32,000 bases of DNA from Desulfocapsa sulfexigens DSM 10523 (GTDB lineage: Bacteria; Desulfobacterota; Desulfobulbia; Desulfobulbales; Desulfocapsaceae): assembly GCF_000341395.1 (NCBI RefSeq), contig NC_020304.1:2010001-2042000 (forward strand), read 5' to 3'. Every line of letters begins with the position of its first letter. Position 1 is the first letter of the stretch. Positions 9,615-19,482 of this stretch are shown piece by piece. A program made the translations under genes and the position numbers. The notes under the pieces were generated by a model. That model ran no database searches. It was not told where the DNA came from and saw only the letters and a program-made list of their open reading frames with translations.

Positions 9615-10754
9615 TTAAAAATCTATGTTTTCATTACGCCATAATGTTTCAAGCGCTTCTCTGTGTACTTCACATGTTACTGTATTTTGCTGAAGCATCT
9701 TTGTTTTCTTTCTGTAAAACCAGTCGCTAAAATGTAATTTCTTATTCAGTATTCGTAGTAACCTGTTGTGACCACGAATTCGGCTTGCATGTAAATATTT
9801 TTCTTCTAGACAGGTTTTTAGCCATTTCTTGTGAACTGTTTCTTCGCTAATAATCTCCTTTGAGCGCTGCTCAAATCCGTTAAGACATTTATCGGATTGT
9901 TTCGGTGTCATACGCCTAATCCCAGGTATTGTACATGATTGTAAAAAAGGAATCCATTCTACATGCAAAGTGTTGTCAGGTGCGAAACACAATTTAACCA
10001 ATATGCCCTGCATTACAGATGGTTTGCTCATGGGGCGCGGTTCGAAAATAAGATTACCTTGCCCGTAAACAATTAGGGCTCCTTGGTAATATTCATAACA
10101 GCCGATACAATGTGAGTGCTGGCAAATAACAACACCTGCACCTTCCTCGATTAGAAATCGGCATAACTGCTGAAGACGTGGAGTAGGATATGGATAGTGC
10201 TCTTTGCCACCGTGGACTAATACAGTGAGAAAGTCGTGTTTGTTACGGGTGTGACGCAAAACTCGCACTATCTCAATTATGTCAATAGGATTAGCTCCTC
10301 CCTTGTTTTTTTCCGCGATACTGAATTCATGTTCAGCTATGCCCAAAAAACCGAAACGCTGTCCATTAATTTCATGGACAAAAACTTGGCTGGCGTCTCT
10401 CTGGTTGACACCGGCACCAAAGGAATTGATGCCTGCATTTTTACAGGCAGACAGAGTACTGCGTAATCCTTGCTCGCCATGGTCTAGAATGTGGTTGTTG
10501 GCGAGGTTGACTGCATTAATCCCTATCGAAACAAGTCCTTGGGAACAGTCGCTAGATACTCCCAGACAATTCCCACTTTTTTCAATTGGGCTTTCCCTTT
10601 CAATGAGCGGACATTCAAGATTGAGTACCGTAAAATCGGCTTGCCTGAACACAGGGAGGAGGTCATTAAGGATTGCTTGGGCATCGCCTGTTTGAAACAA
10701 AATCTCGTTAGATCCTACAGGACAGACATCTCCACCAATAAGTATTGTTGTCAT
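9615..10754 (-). CDS. CapA-like (PGA_cap) metallophosphatase-fold protein
   Basis: 379-aa ORF; TILIGGDVCPVG, FTVLNLECPLI, INAVNLANNHILDHGEQGL, VLVHGGKEHYPYPTPRL, VICQHSHCIGCYEYYQGALIVYGQGNLIF. Confidence 0.87.
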   Translation of the reverse strand: MTTILIGGDVCPVGSNEILFQTGDAQAILNDLLPVFRQADFTVLNLECPLIERESPIEKSGNCLGVSSDCSQGLVSIGINAVNLANNHILDHGEQGLRSTLSACKNAGINSFGAGVNQRDASQVFVHEINGQRFGFLGIAEHEFSIAEKNKGGANPIDIIEIVRVLRHTRNKHDFLTVLVHGGKEHYPYPTPRLQQLCRFLIEEGAGVVICQHSHCIGCYEYYQGALIVYGQGNLIFEPRPMSKPSVMQGILVKLCFAPDNTLHVEWIPFLQSCTIPGIRRMTPKQSDKCLNGFEQRSKEIISEETVHKKWLKTCLEEKYLHASRIRGHNRLLRILNKKLHFSDWFYRKKTKMLQQNTVTCEVHREALETLWRNENIDF

Positions 10755-10757
10755 GCC

Positions 10758-11789
10758 TTATTTCCTATTACTGCTGTCGTTGTTCTTGTTGATATCTGCC
10801 TGAAACCGGTCTTTTGTAAAGCTATACCAGACAGGGTATCCAAACTGACGTCCGAACCATCCTACTAATAATGCATATATTGTTTTTTGCAAAGTACGCA
10901 AGTTTTGACTCCATCTTATGTCTAGTCGAATATCACATGCCGATATGTCAAATCGAGACGGACTCCCACCTATGTTATGCCTTCCTATTCGGTCTATCTG
11001 TGACATCGTATCACTGTATGGTATGTTAAGGAAAACACAGATTTTTTTTAACTCCCTTCTAGGGGCAACACAAAGGTCTTCGTAGCGTATTTCTAGCTTC
11101 TGGGGGGCAGGGATTTCCTTCAATACAGCCAGTATACTAGAGTTTTTATAGAGCCAAGAAGTGATCCCACGCATAAAACCAATTAAACTGTATGTAGTAC
11201 GACTGTGGTGTCTACGGTTTTTTGAGAAGCTAACTGCTCGTCCATCGCGAATCAGATGGATAACCTTTAGTCGCGGACGGGGAGTTAATAATGTATAGCC
11301 CATTAGTACATTTGGGTTTTTAGATGAATCGACAACTAAGTGGCAACCAGACACATTAAATGCACAAGTCACTATCTCATTTCTAACTATTGCTGTTTGT
11401 AGCTCTTCTTCTAGATTATAGAGCAATCCCATGAGCCAGCGGCGTATTGTGTGGCTAGGGACAGTTAATGCCAAGATTGATAGAAAAACTCCTTTCAGGA
11501 CGTTTGGGTCTTTGGAACTGCACGTTGTGATTTCTGTCCAATCCAGTACCCCTCGTTGCTTTATTTCTGTTTGAATTTTGAACCAAAAGGGGCAAGTGTC
11601 GATATTATCGCCACAAGAACATTTCCATCCCCAGGACCAACCTGGTCCTTTGCGTTTTATATGCGAATCTAGGTGATGAAGCTCCCCTACACTCTGGATC
11701 TGTTTGTGAGCTCCTAGTAATTGATCTAGTAAAGTAGAACCTGAGCGGACATCAGAAGCTATGAAAAGGAGTGTATTTACATCGCCCAT
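10758..11789 (-). CDS. Sulfotransferase (PAPS-dependent family)
   Basis: 343-aa ORF; 5'-phosphosulfate-type loop FIASDVRSGSTLLDQLLGAH, Cys motif WKCSCGDNIDTCPFW, VVDSSKNPNVL, VIHLIRDGRAVSFS, ICRHNIGG-like C-terminal region (IDRIGRHNIGGSPSR). Confidence 0.85.
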   Translation of the reverse strand: MGDVNTLLFIASDVRSGSTLLDQLLGAHKQIQSVGELHHLDSHIKRKGPGWSWGWKCSCGDNIDTCPFWFKIQTEIKQRGVLDWTEITTCSSKDPNVLKGVFLSILALTVPSHTIRRWLMGLLYNLEEELQTAIVRNEIVTCAFNVSGCHLVVDSSKNPNVLMGYTLLTPRPRLKVIHLIRDGRAVSFSKNRRHHSRTTYSLIGFMRGITSWLYKNSSILAVLKEIPAPQKLEIRYEDLCVAPRRELKKICVFLNIPYSDTMSQIDRIGRHNIGGSPSRFDISACDIRLDIRWSQNLRTLQKTIYALLVGWFGRQFGYPVWYSFTKDRFQADINKNNDSSNRK

Positions 11790-11830
11790 ATTGAATCATT
11801 TGGTTTGTATTTAGTAAGATGAAATATGGT

Positions 11831-13132
11831 TTAGAGACATGTGGTTGGTAATTTTTTTATGTATTTTGTTGCTTTTAGAATGTAAACTGTTGCTAAGATA
11901 ACTTCGCCTGCTAACAAAGCTATAGCCGCACCAGTTGCTCCAAAATGTGGTGCTAAGATTAAACAAGCTGTTAACGACACCATACCTGCTGCTAATCTAG
12001 CCGAAAAGAATACTTTGTCTATACGTAGTAAAATTATGAATTGTCCCAAAAGAATATCAAAGACATAGGCTAGCAAACAAATTCCAAATAATCTAAGTAC
12101 CCAATAGCCGTTCGCATACTCAGGGATAAAAAATGTAAGCAGTATCTTTTTCGGAATAACAATTGCGGGCAATGCAATTATACTTACAGCAAGTATAGCA
12201 AAGGCAAGATAGATAACTAAAAAATGGATGATACCCCGTCCAGAGATTGAGCCTGGAGTGGTTTGTCGTGCTAAAATTGGTCTGCCTATTCGCGCAATAT
12301 TTTTCAGGAGCAACGTACCGATACTAAGCAACTGGAAGGAAGCGCCATACACACCTAAGTCAGAAAATCCTGCGGCATGTTTTAACGCTATGCTATTCAA
12401 TGCGGTCAAGGCAAGAGTAGCTAGGCTAGCCATCCACAACCATTTATTACTACTTAATAAAGCAAAAATAGATTTTTTAGTATGTTTTATCGACATGCCT
12501 TTCAGGTTCGGTGTGAGCCGTTTCCATGCATAGTGATATTGTAGAATGAGGAAAAATAAGACAGCAATAGTTAGGGCACCACCAATCAGTTCGAGATTTA
12601 GACGTGCCGGTTCCAAGAACAAAACAGTCCAAATTAGTATAAAGTATATTGTTCTTTCAGCACATGAGTATATAGCATGGCGCCCCTGACATTCCCAGAC
12701 ATCAAAAACGTTGGCTATTTGTAAGGGGCTTAACATTGTTGCTATACAAATCCAAAACATCCCCCAAGAGATATTTAGAATGGAGTCTGGTAGAGTGACC
12801 AGTATAAGCAAGGTGATGCTACAGAGGCAAAACAGCAATCCGCGAATTAACAAACTAACCGTCAATGTTTCATTGAAGCGCCCTGGGTAATGAGTGAGAT
12901 CTCGAATTAGCGAACGATCCATGCCAAAACGGATATTGGCCGCTAGAATGGTGCCAACAGCTATTGCGTATGTAAGCTCACCAAACTTTGCTGCTCCTAG
13001 TGCGTTGGCTATTTTGATAGTCGTGACAAACCCCAGTCCTGCCATGTAAATATTAGAGAACAATAAAATGCTTAGGTTATTCAGTCGTCCGCGTTGTGTT
13101 TTGAATAGTGTTTTTATATAAGCTGTGTGCAT
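11831..13132 (-). CDS. wzx: Oligosaccharide flippase, Wzx-like
   Basis: 433-aa polytopic protein; LLFSNIYMAGLGFVTTIKIANALGAAKFGELTYAIAV near the N-terminus is the polysaccharide-flippase signature region. Confidence 0.88.
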   Translation of the reverse strand: MHTAYIKTLFKTQRGRLNNLSILLFSNIYMAGLGFVTTIKIANALGAAKFGELTYAIAVGTILAANIRFGMDRSLIRDLTHYPGRFNETLTVSLLIRGLLFCLCSITLLILVTLPDSILNISWGMFWICIATMLSPLQIANVFDVWECQGRHAIYSCAERTIYFILIWTVLFLEPARLNLELIGGALTIAVLFFLILQYHYAWKRLTPNLKGMSIKHTKKSIFALLSSNKWLWMASLATLALTALNSIALKHAAGFSDLGVYGASFQLLSIGTLLLKNIARIGRPILARQTTPGSISGRGIIHFLVIYLAFAILAVSIIALPAIVIPKKILLTFFIPEYANGYWVLRLFGICLLAYVFDILLGQFIILLRIDKVFFSARLAAGMVSLTACLILAPHFGATGAAIALLAGEVILATVYILKATKYIKKLPTTCL

Positions 13133-13183
13133 TTCTTGCTTATCTGGCAGTTGTTGTATTGCTTGGCGGTCTATAAGTTGTAA

Positions 13184-16100
13184 TTAAAATTTTTTGCATT
13201 TTACTGGAATTTTCTTCCCTTGTCTGTTTAAAGCACCTAATATTTCGTTTGTTTGTAATAGCACTTTAGTTGATTTGTCTTGTTTGTCAGGTATCACAAA
13301 TGGGACAAAATTATCCTCATATCGAACAATATCTGATATTCGTAATACTTGGTAGGTTCCACTTCCGGGGCCAAGGGCTATCCATTCCGGGATGTTTGCC
13401 AAACTAAAATCGTTTGTAGCTTGCTTACCAAGCCTTGAGTGTAGTTTACTTGGGAATGACCATATTCTCTTGTATTTTTTTCCATTTATGAAAATATGGA
13501 AAATTTCTCTTGCATGAGAGTACTTTTGAGCACCATGTTCCTTAGTTGTATCTGTTGTAGCTGTTGCATCCCAAGTAACTGCGATGTGAATCCATTGACC
13601 TTGCTTGGGGAAAAGTCTGGCATGAGTTCCAAATTTTGTTTTGTTTTCTCTTTTTGCATATTTACTGGTACCACATAGGAAATCTAAAAAGGCATAGAAT
13701 CGGTGTCCTTGCCCATAACGATACCTGATTTGGATATCCCCAGCTGAAAGTAGCGGAATGGATAGATCTCGTTTACCTGGGATTAGTAAATCAACAGCTG
13801 ACCAGTCAGGCTTGTAATAAAATTCAATTGTCCCTTTCAATCCGGGGAAGTTTTCATAACTCCCATCTGAAAGGCTCTTTCCTCGAGGAAATCTAATCGT
13901 TTGATCGCCTGTTAATTGTATCCCCTCATTGCTTTTCAATTGTGTTGCTTGGGCAGATGTTGAAGTGTTTTGTGTTCCATATTGATTTGGAAGCTTTGGA
14001 GATGTAGGAAAAAAGTATCTGTCAGGAGACAGGAAAGCGATATAAGGAGTTATGTCTTTGAATTTGACAAATGCCGGATCCTCAGATTGAATTTTCCAGA
14101 GTCCGTTTGTCCCATTTGTTGGGATTGATAAATCGCCATATGTTTTTCCTGTGCTTTCAACTGCTGGTGTTTGGTTACTTTTTGTGATCGTAACTTCTTT
14201 ATTCGCAAAGAGGTTTATGTGGGTAAGCTTACTGTCTACAAAGAAAAAAAACGGTTCATCTTTTTCAAGCCAAAAACCTTCAGGACATTCCAACACAATA
14301 TGCTTTGCATTCGTATTGAGTATGGTGAAATCGCCACGGTTGTCATGTCCGAGCCTGTACGTACCGGCGATATTTGATGCTGGAATTTCCAGGTGGTAGT
14401 AAAATGGGGTTATTCCCGGTACGTCTCGTTGTGCTAAGCGTTTTTCTACTTTTAAGATATGGTGATTTTTTACTGGTTTCTGGTCCGGTCCAAGCAGAAT
14501 AGGGGTTACATGATCTTCCTGGGCGACATTAAAGAGTACCTCAATATTTAGAGCTTGTCCCGGAGACTTCTCAAACACTGCCATTGATACGGAAGTAGAG
14601 TCAAAGACTTTTTTTAGAACAGGGAGTTGCTTGACGATACCTTTGTAATCTTTAAGCCCTTTCATAATTATGGGGAGACTGAGGCAGGCGTGGTAATTGA
14701 AGCTCTGACCATAGTACTCTGGGCTGCCCTTTGAAGACTTTAGTATCTCTTTGTATTGGCTTGTTGATGCTTCCATAGATCTTCGAGCAAGTTGGAGGTA
14801 TTTGTCCTCTCCAGTCATTCTCCACGCCATTGTATAGTACATTCCTGATGCATTTTGGTATGCAATGGGTTTTGCATAGTCCCCTAATTCAAAGCGGTAT
14901 TGGTAATCTATCATTTTTAAAAACCCTTCGCGTGCAAGAGGGGCTTCTGTCAGGCGGTAGTAATCCAGAAGTGCTATGGCATTTCTGCTGATTTTATAAA
15001 GGGGGCCTGGAGGCATGTTAAGGGACACTCCGTTTGGAGAGTTTAGATCTATGATGTCTTCTGCCAGTGAATGTAACTGCTTACCTAGTTCTGGATCCCA
15101 ATTCATTGAGTAGAGCCAGGTCAGGTAACGAAGGGGAACAAATGCTCCTCTTCGAGATTCTGGGGTTTGCAAGAATGAATATTTTTTTACTGCCTCACCG
15201 AAATTCTTTGCAAGTTCCCACATCTCCCAATCACCAGTGAGATAGAACTGTAAGAGATAGTTAGATATATCTGCCCCTGATCCGTCTGGTTTGCCGCTCA
15301 CCCACCTCCAGTAGATGGGGTAGGAGCCAACACCTTCTCCACCTTTTAGGTTTAAGTTGTTGGGTAAGAGTCCGTAAGCAAAACCACCTTTGACTTTCCA
15401 TGATCTGTCTTTATAATTACCGACTGGTCCATAATCCCAGTGGTGCATATTCATGTCACCTGCAAAACGATTGAATTTGGTTCCGTAGTCGAAATATTTC
15501 CTCTCACCCGATCGTGCATAGAGTGTCCAGACATTTTTACGGAGATGATAATCGACCAGGCCACTAATGCGCCACCAGGTTGCATAGTATTCATTTGTTT
15601 CAGGATCTTTGTTGTAACGGGTTGCAGGATTGCTTCCCCATGCGATGTACCCGGTTAATGGGAAAAGATGTTGTGGAACCAATACAGTCTTGTCAAAGAA
15701 ATCAGAGATAAACTTTTCTGCAACGGGAAACTGTTGCGTGTCTTTTGGGAGCATTGGGGGCCCCATTGTACCAGAGTCACAAAGCCATTTGTTACCAGGA
15801 AGAGAGATAACACCTCTGCTTGCTGTGTTGGCTATTGACTCAATTTCTTTAATTGTTTGATTCGCCGTATGTGGTAGAACCCAGAGTGTATGGGTTTTTG
15901 CAGATGCCTGGGCATTGCTTGGTATGGTGAGAACCCCTGATTCTCCGATATCAGCATAATTTGTCCATTTTCCCCAATAGTCTTTGACCAGTGTTTCTGT
16001 CCGAAAATCAAGTTCTTTTCCACCCCTCTCAGACCAGAGGGCCGCTGTAATGCCTGATTTACTCACGGTCAGTTCCTTTGGAAATTGTTCGGCAAGGTCT

Positions 16101-17113
16101 TGGAGTACAATTGTAAGCGATTGTTGAGGCGACCTAAGACTGCACCAGTCTCCACATGCTGTTCCTGATTGTATTGTTGTATCTATAGTATTCTTTCTGT
16201 GAATGAGAGAAAAGTTTGATGATTTTGACATGAAATGAGGGAAATCAGTTTGTGCCATTGATGTCTGCTCATTTTCAGTTACAGGGATCTCTATAACTTG
16301 CCCGGTGTCATGGTTGCTAATGTCAAACAGGGCTGTAGACTGCTCTTGGAGCATGGTTGAAAAATGTATCTGGATATTCTTAAACCAGACCTTGTTGGTA
16401 TCTTCTGTTAAAACAAGTTGGTGGACTATTTTTACATATGGGCTGTTGGCATAGAAATGCATCCAGATAATACCACGTGCAATCTTCTCAGACTTGTTTT
16501 CGGATATGTACCATCCTTCCTTGCGGATGACTGTCCACATAGGCCCTTTTACAAGGAAACTGGTACTGAGTTCACTTGATTTTCCCCCAAAAACAGCTTT
16601 GTTACCTTGATTGTCTATTACTGTTGCACCTTTTCCGCTCTGGTAAAGGATTCTTTTGTTTTGAATAACTGCATTTGTGATTAAGGCATCATCATTATTG
16701 ATGGAAAATGTACCGGCTCCAGTATCGATTGTGACGCCGTGGTTGTCTTCAGTAATGGATATACCATTTATTGTTTGTTCAGTCGGGAAGGTTTCATCTA
16801 TAGTGAGATGGTATTGTTTGCTTTGAAAACCGTGGAAATTTAGAAGCACCCATCTAATGCTCCCATCTAACCATGTAGCTGTCACATCTATTTGACACGG
16901 AACCGCAGTGCCATTTTCTTCTCTTAGGACGAGCTGTTTAATATCGGAAAGGGTTTTTTTGGGGAATGGGACTCCTGTTGCGATTGGCCAGCTTTTTACT
17001 GACTGCTCTGGGTAATTTATTGTAATAGGGATTGATTCTATAGCTGCTGCGTTGTTTGTATATATGCAACAAGAGAAGAGTATGGAGACTAGGATGATGA
17101 TACACTTTTTCAT
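13184..17113 (-). CDS. Very large secreted protein: PcRGLX/YetA-like RIFT-barrel N-terminus, alpha/alpha-barrel-like middle, C-terminal LamG/concanavalin-like domain; putative polysaccharide lyase/hydrolase
   Basis: 1309 aa; signal peptide MKKCIIILVSILFSCCIYTNNAAA; SIPITINYPEQSVKSWPIATGVPFPKKTLSDIKQLVLREENGTAVPCQIDVTATWLDGSIRWVLLNFHG; aromatic-rich middle (HHWDYGPVGNYKDRSWKVKGGFAYGLL); LamG-like FPRGKSLSDGSYENFPGLKGTIEFYYKPDW...GQWIHIAVTWDAT...IFINGKKYKRIW. Confidence 0.7.
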   Translation of the reverse strand: MKKCIIILVSILFSCCIYTNNAAAIESIPITINYPEQSVKSWPIATGVPFPKKTLSDIKQLVLREENGTAVPCQIDVTATWLDGSIRWVLLNFHGFQSKQYHLTIDETFPTEQTINGISITEDNHGVTIDTGAGTFSINNDDALITNAVIQNKRILYQSGKGATVIDNQGNKAVFGGKSSELSTSFLVKGPMWTVIRKEGWYISENKSEKIARGIIWMHFYANSPYVKIVHQLVLTEDTNKVWFKNIQIHFSTMLQEQSTALFDISNHDTGQVIEIPVTENEQTSMAQTDFPHFMSKSSNFSLIHRKNTIDTTIQSGTACGDWCSLRSPQQSLTIVLQDLAEQFPKELTVSKSGITAALWSERGGKELDFRTETLVKDYWGKWTNYADIGESGVLTIPSNAQASAKTHTLWVLPHTANQTIKEIESIANTASRGVISLPGNKWLCDSGTMGPPMLPKDTQQFPVAEKFISDFFDKTVLVPQHLFPLTGYIAWGSNPATRYNKDPETNEYYATWWRISGLVDYHLRKNVWTLYARSGERKYFDYGTKFNRFAGDMNMHHWDYGPVGNYKDRSWKVKGGFAYGLLPNNLNLKGGEGVGSYPIYWRWVSGKPDGSGADISNYLLQFYLTGDWEMWELAKNFGEAVKKYSFLQTPESRRGAFVPLRYLTWLYSMNWDPELGKQLHSLAEDIIDLNSPNGVSLNMPPGPLYKISRNAIALLDYYRLTEAPLAREGFLKMIDYQYRFELGDYAKPIAYQNASGMYYTMAWRMTGEDKYLQLARRSMEASTSQYKEILKSSKGSPEYYGQSFNYHACLSLPIIMKGLKDYKGIVKQLPVLKKVFDSTSVSMAVFEKSPGQALNIEVLFNVAQEDHVTPILLGPDQKPVKNHHILKVEKRLAQRDVPGITPFYYHLEIPASNIAGTYRLGHDNRGDFTILNTNAKHIVLECPEGFWLEKDEPFFFFVDSKLTHINLFANKEVTITKSNQTPAVESTGKTYGDLSIPTNGTNGLWKIQSEDPAFVKFKDITPYIAFLSPDRYFFPTSPKLPNQYGTQNTSTSAQATQLKSNEGIQLTGDQTIRFPRGKSLSDGSYENFPGLKGTIEFYYKPDWSAVDLLIPGKRDLSIPLLSAGDIQIRYRYGQGHRFYAFLDFLCGTSKYAKRENKTKFGTHARLFPKQGQWIHIAVTWDATATTDTTKEHGAQKYSHAREIFHIFINGKKYKRIWSFPSKLHSRLGKQATNDFSLANIPEWIALGPGSGTYQVLRISDIVRYEDNFVPFVIPDKQDKSTKVLLQTNEILGALNRQGKKIPVKCKKF

Positions 17114-17151
17114 GGATAAGTTCTCATCTGCGTATCACACAATGAACAGGG

Positions 17152-19482
17152 TTACTCAAGAGCTTGTAATTGGAACTTGATCTTTTCATTACCTGGGTCG
17201 AGAATCAGGGCCTGTTCGTATTCCTGTTTGGCTTGTAATAGGGCTTTTTGCTCTTTGTAGTGGTTCGCTAAAGTGACATGGAAGGGGGCGTAGCTTGGTA
17301 GCCATTTAATTCCGAGTTGAAGGATATTCACGGCATCGGCTGTACGATTCTGTTTTTTATAAAACCAGAAAAGTTGCATGAAGTATTGAGGCTTTATATG
17401 TTTTTCTACTTCGAGAAAATCTAAGGAGCGACTTCGATAGTATTCAGCCTCTTCAATGTCCCCAGCTCTTTCAAAATATTCACCAAGTGTTATCCAGGCA
17501 GCCGTTGTTGAAGGGTAAAATAATGCGATTTCTTCTCGTGTTAGATCCGCAGCCAATATAAAAGCAGGGAGATTACGGGCCACTTCTGGATATCTTTCCG
17601 TACCTTGCCTTAAGATACCAAGAGCCTGTTCAGTTTTTTCTTGCTGCAAATACCATTCTGCCAGAGTAAATATCATCTTCTCTTTGTTCTGACTTCTTTT
17701 GTAACCCTCCTCCATGAGAAATGATGCTTGGTTATAGCTACTCAGAGGAAGGGAGAGTCCGATTCTTTGAAGATATGTACCTTCGAGAGGATCCCTTTCG
17801 GATGCATGAAGGAAGTTGTTGAATGCAGGCTGGTTTTGTTGAAGGTAAGAAAAAATAGTACCTCTATAAGAATAGTAGAGCCCTTCCAGCGGGTCAAGGG
17901 AGATAGCATTGTTTATTGTCGTTAATTGTTTTTGGAGAAGCTTTTCGGAAAGCCTGGGGTTGAGATAGATTTTTGAGGCCTCTTTGTGCAGTTGTGTTGC
18001 TTTGATTATTCCTCCCTGGAAGGCAAGAGTCAGGAGGAGTAATGGAAGGGCGACCAGGAAGCTTAGTTTCCAGTATGAAGGCGCTTCTTGTAACAAGGTT
18101 GGTCTGTTGCGAAAATGAATGCGGGTGTTTCCTGCTGATATCAGGATTCCACAGAGCAGGAAGAAATAGAGCCCGTTGGCTCCATTATGCATATTAAAAT
18201 CAAATATGCTGTGGACAAGGATTGATAAAATAGCGGAGAGGCTACCAATAATAAGAAAAATTGAATAGGTGTCTTTCCGGAGCGTGAGACCTTTGAAACC
18301 ATGTTTTAAGATTGTAAAGACAAAAAAGGCGCTTAGTAGAAAACCGATAAGTCCACCATCGGTGAGCAACTCTATGTAGTCGTTGTGGGCATGGCCAACT
18401 GTCCTTGAGTCGGGTTGGATATTGTATTGCGGGTAGGCGTGAACGAAAGTGCCAAATCCTGTGCCACTGAGAAGGTTGTCTTTGATGAGTGGGGCGCAGG
18501 CTTGCCATATTTGCCATCGACCAAAGACCAGGGTGCCTGTTTCGGTTGTACTGGAGTTGAACCTTGCGAATAAAGAATCCCAGCCAAACCATGTCATTGC
18601 CAGTAATACGCCTCCAATAATAACGGTGGGCAGTATTAACCCAGTGTTTTTTGTCTTTTTACTAGCAAGCAGTAAAAAGAATAATAGTGCCAGTGTGGCT
18701 GAGATAGTACCGCCGCGAGAGAGGCTGAGGAAAATAGACGCAAGAATAAGAACAGCGCCAAAACCTAAGAAAAAATGAATATTTGATCCTGGCGTTGAGA
18801 ATATGGAAACTATGTTGTGTCGGAATGTCCGGTGTGTCGTCTTGTGTGGTCGATAGAAAAAAAACAGGGCCAAAACTATTGGAAACAACAGCTCCATGAA
18901 TCCTGCGTAGTGGTTATAATTGATCCAGGGGCCGAATGGCTGGGTTCTTTCTGGAACGGGGCGAAACCAGTAGATAAGATCGGGTGATGTGAATTTTTGA
19001 AGAATTGCTAAAAAGGCTATTATGGTAGCAAGGCCTGCAATAATTTTGACGGTTTTTTTGAGAAGGGATGAATTACTTAAAAGTTGTACGGTGAGTATGT
19101 AAAAGAACGCATAGGAAGTGATACGGAGAGCTTCAAGTAAAGTGGATTTTTGGTTGACTGTTAATGGTATCCATTGATTATTCTCTTGTAGATCGAGTAT
19201 GGGGGCGTATGCCTGGTAAATACCGGGTGCGATAAAGCTCACAAGTGAGGGGGGGAGTGGTATTAATTGTACCCACATAAATAGCAACAAGAGGAATAAA
19301 GGAATAGCACCGGGAACTTTTAAAGGCACTTGTGACTTGTGACGTATTTCCCAGCAGTAGATGATTGTTGTCAGGAAGATCAGAGCTTCAACAAGACCTA
19401 TTGACCATGTTTCAACGCTGCCAAAGGCGAGTGGTGCGAATAGAAGGATTGCAACAAAGAGCTTGTAGGAGATGTGTTGCAT
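17152..19482 (-). CDS. O-antigen ligase/polymerase family membrane protein with C-terminal TPR domain (paralog 1)
   Basis: 776 aa; SLSRGGTISATLALLFF, GTGFGTFVHAYPQY, GHAHNDYIELLTDGGLIGF; C-terminal TPRs such as APFHVTLANHYKEQKALLQAKQEYEQALILDPGNEKIK. Confidence 0.9.
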   Translation of the reverse strand: MQHISYKLFVAILLFAPLAFGSVETWSIGLVEALIFLTTIIYCWEIRHKSQVPLKVPGAIPLFLLLLFMWVQLIPLPPSLVSFIAPGIYQAYAPILDLQENNQWIPLTVNQKSTLLEALRITSYAFFYILTVQLLSNSSLLKKTVKIIAGLATIIAFLAILQKFTSPDLIYWFRPVPERTQPFGPWINYNHYAGFMELLFPIVLALFFFYRPHKTTHRTFRHNIVSIFSTPGSNIHFFLGFGAVLILASIFLSLSRGGTISATLALLFFLLLASKKTKNTGLILPTVIIGGVLLAMTWFGWDSLFARFNSSTTETGTLVFGRWQIWQACAPLIKDNLLSGTGFGTFVHAYPQYNIQPDSRTVGHAHNDYIELLTDGGLIGFLLSAFFVFTILKHGFKGLTLRKDTYSIFLIIGSLSAILSILVHSIFDFNMHNGANGLYFFLLCGILISAGNTRIHFRNRPTLLQEAPSYWKLSFLVALPLLLLTLAFQGGIIKATQLHKEASKIYLNPRLSEKLLQKQLTTINNAISLDPLEGLYYSYRGTIFSYLQQNQPAFNNFLHASERDPLEGTYLQRIGLSLPLSSYNQASFLMEEGYKRSQNKEKMIFTLAEWYLQQEKTEQALGILRQGTERYPEVARNLPAFILAADLTREEIALFYPSTTAAWITLGEYFERAGDIEEAEYYRSRSLDFLEVEKHIKPQYFMQLFWFYKKQNRTADAVNILQLGIKWLPSYAPFHVTLANHYKEQKALLQAKQEYEQALILDPGNEKIKFQLQALE

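Noticed and set aside
10279-10695. 138-aa plus-strand ORF inside the CapA-like gene
   Set aside because: It overlaps a clear conserved CDS on the other strand and shows no domain-like sequence.
9615-10754. Possibility that the locus makes poly-gamma-glutamate
   Set aside because: Only a CapA-like protein is present; no CapB/PgsB ligase or CapC was recognised, and the two ATP-grasp proteins do not resemble Mur-ligase-type CapB.
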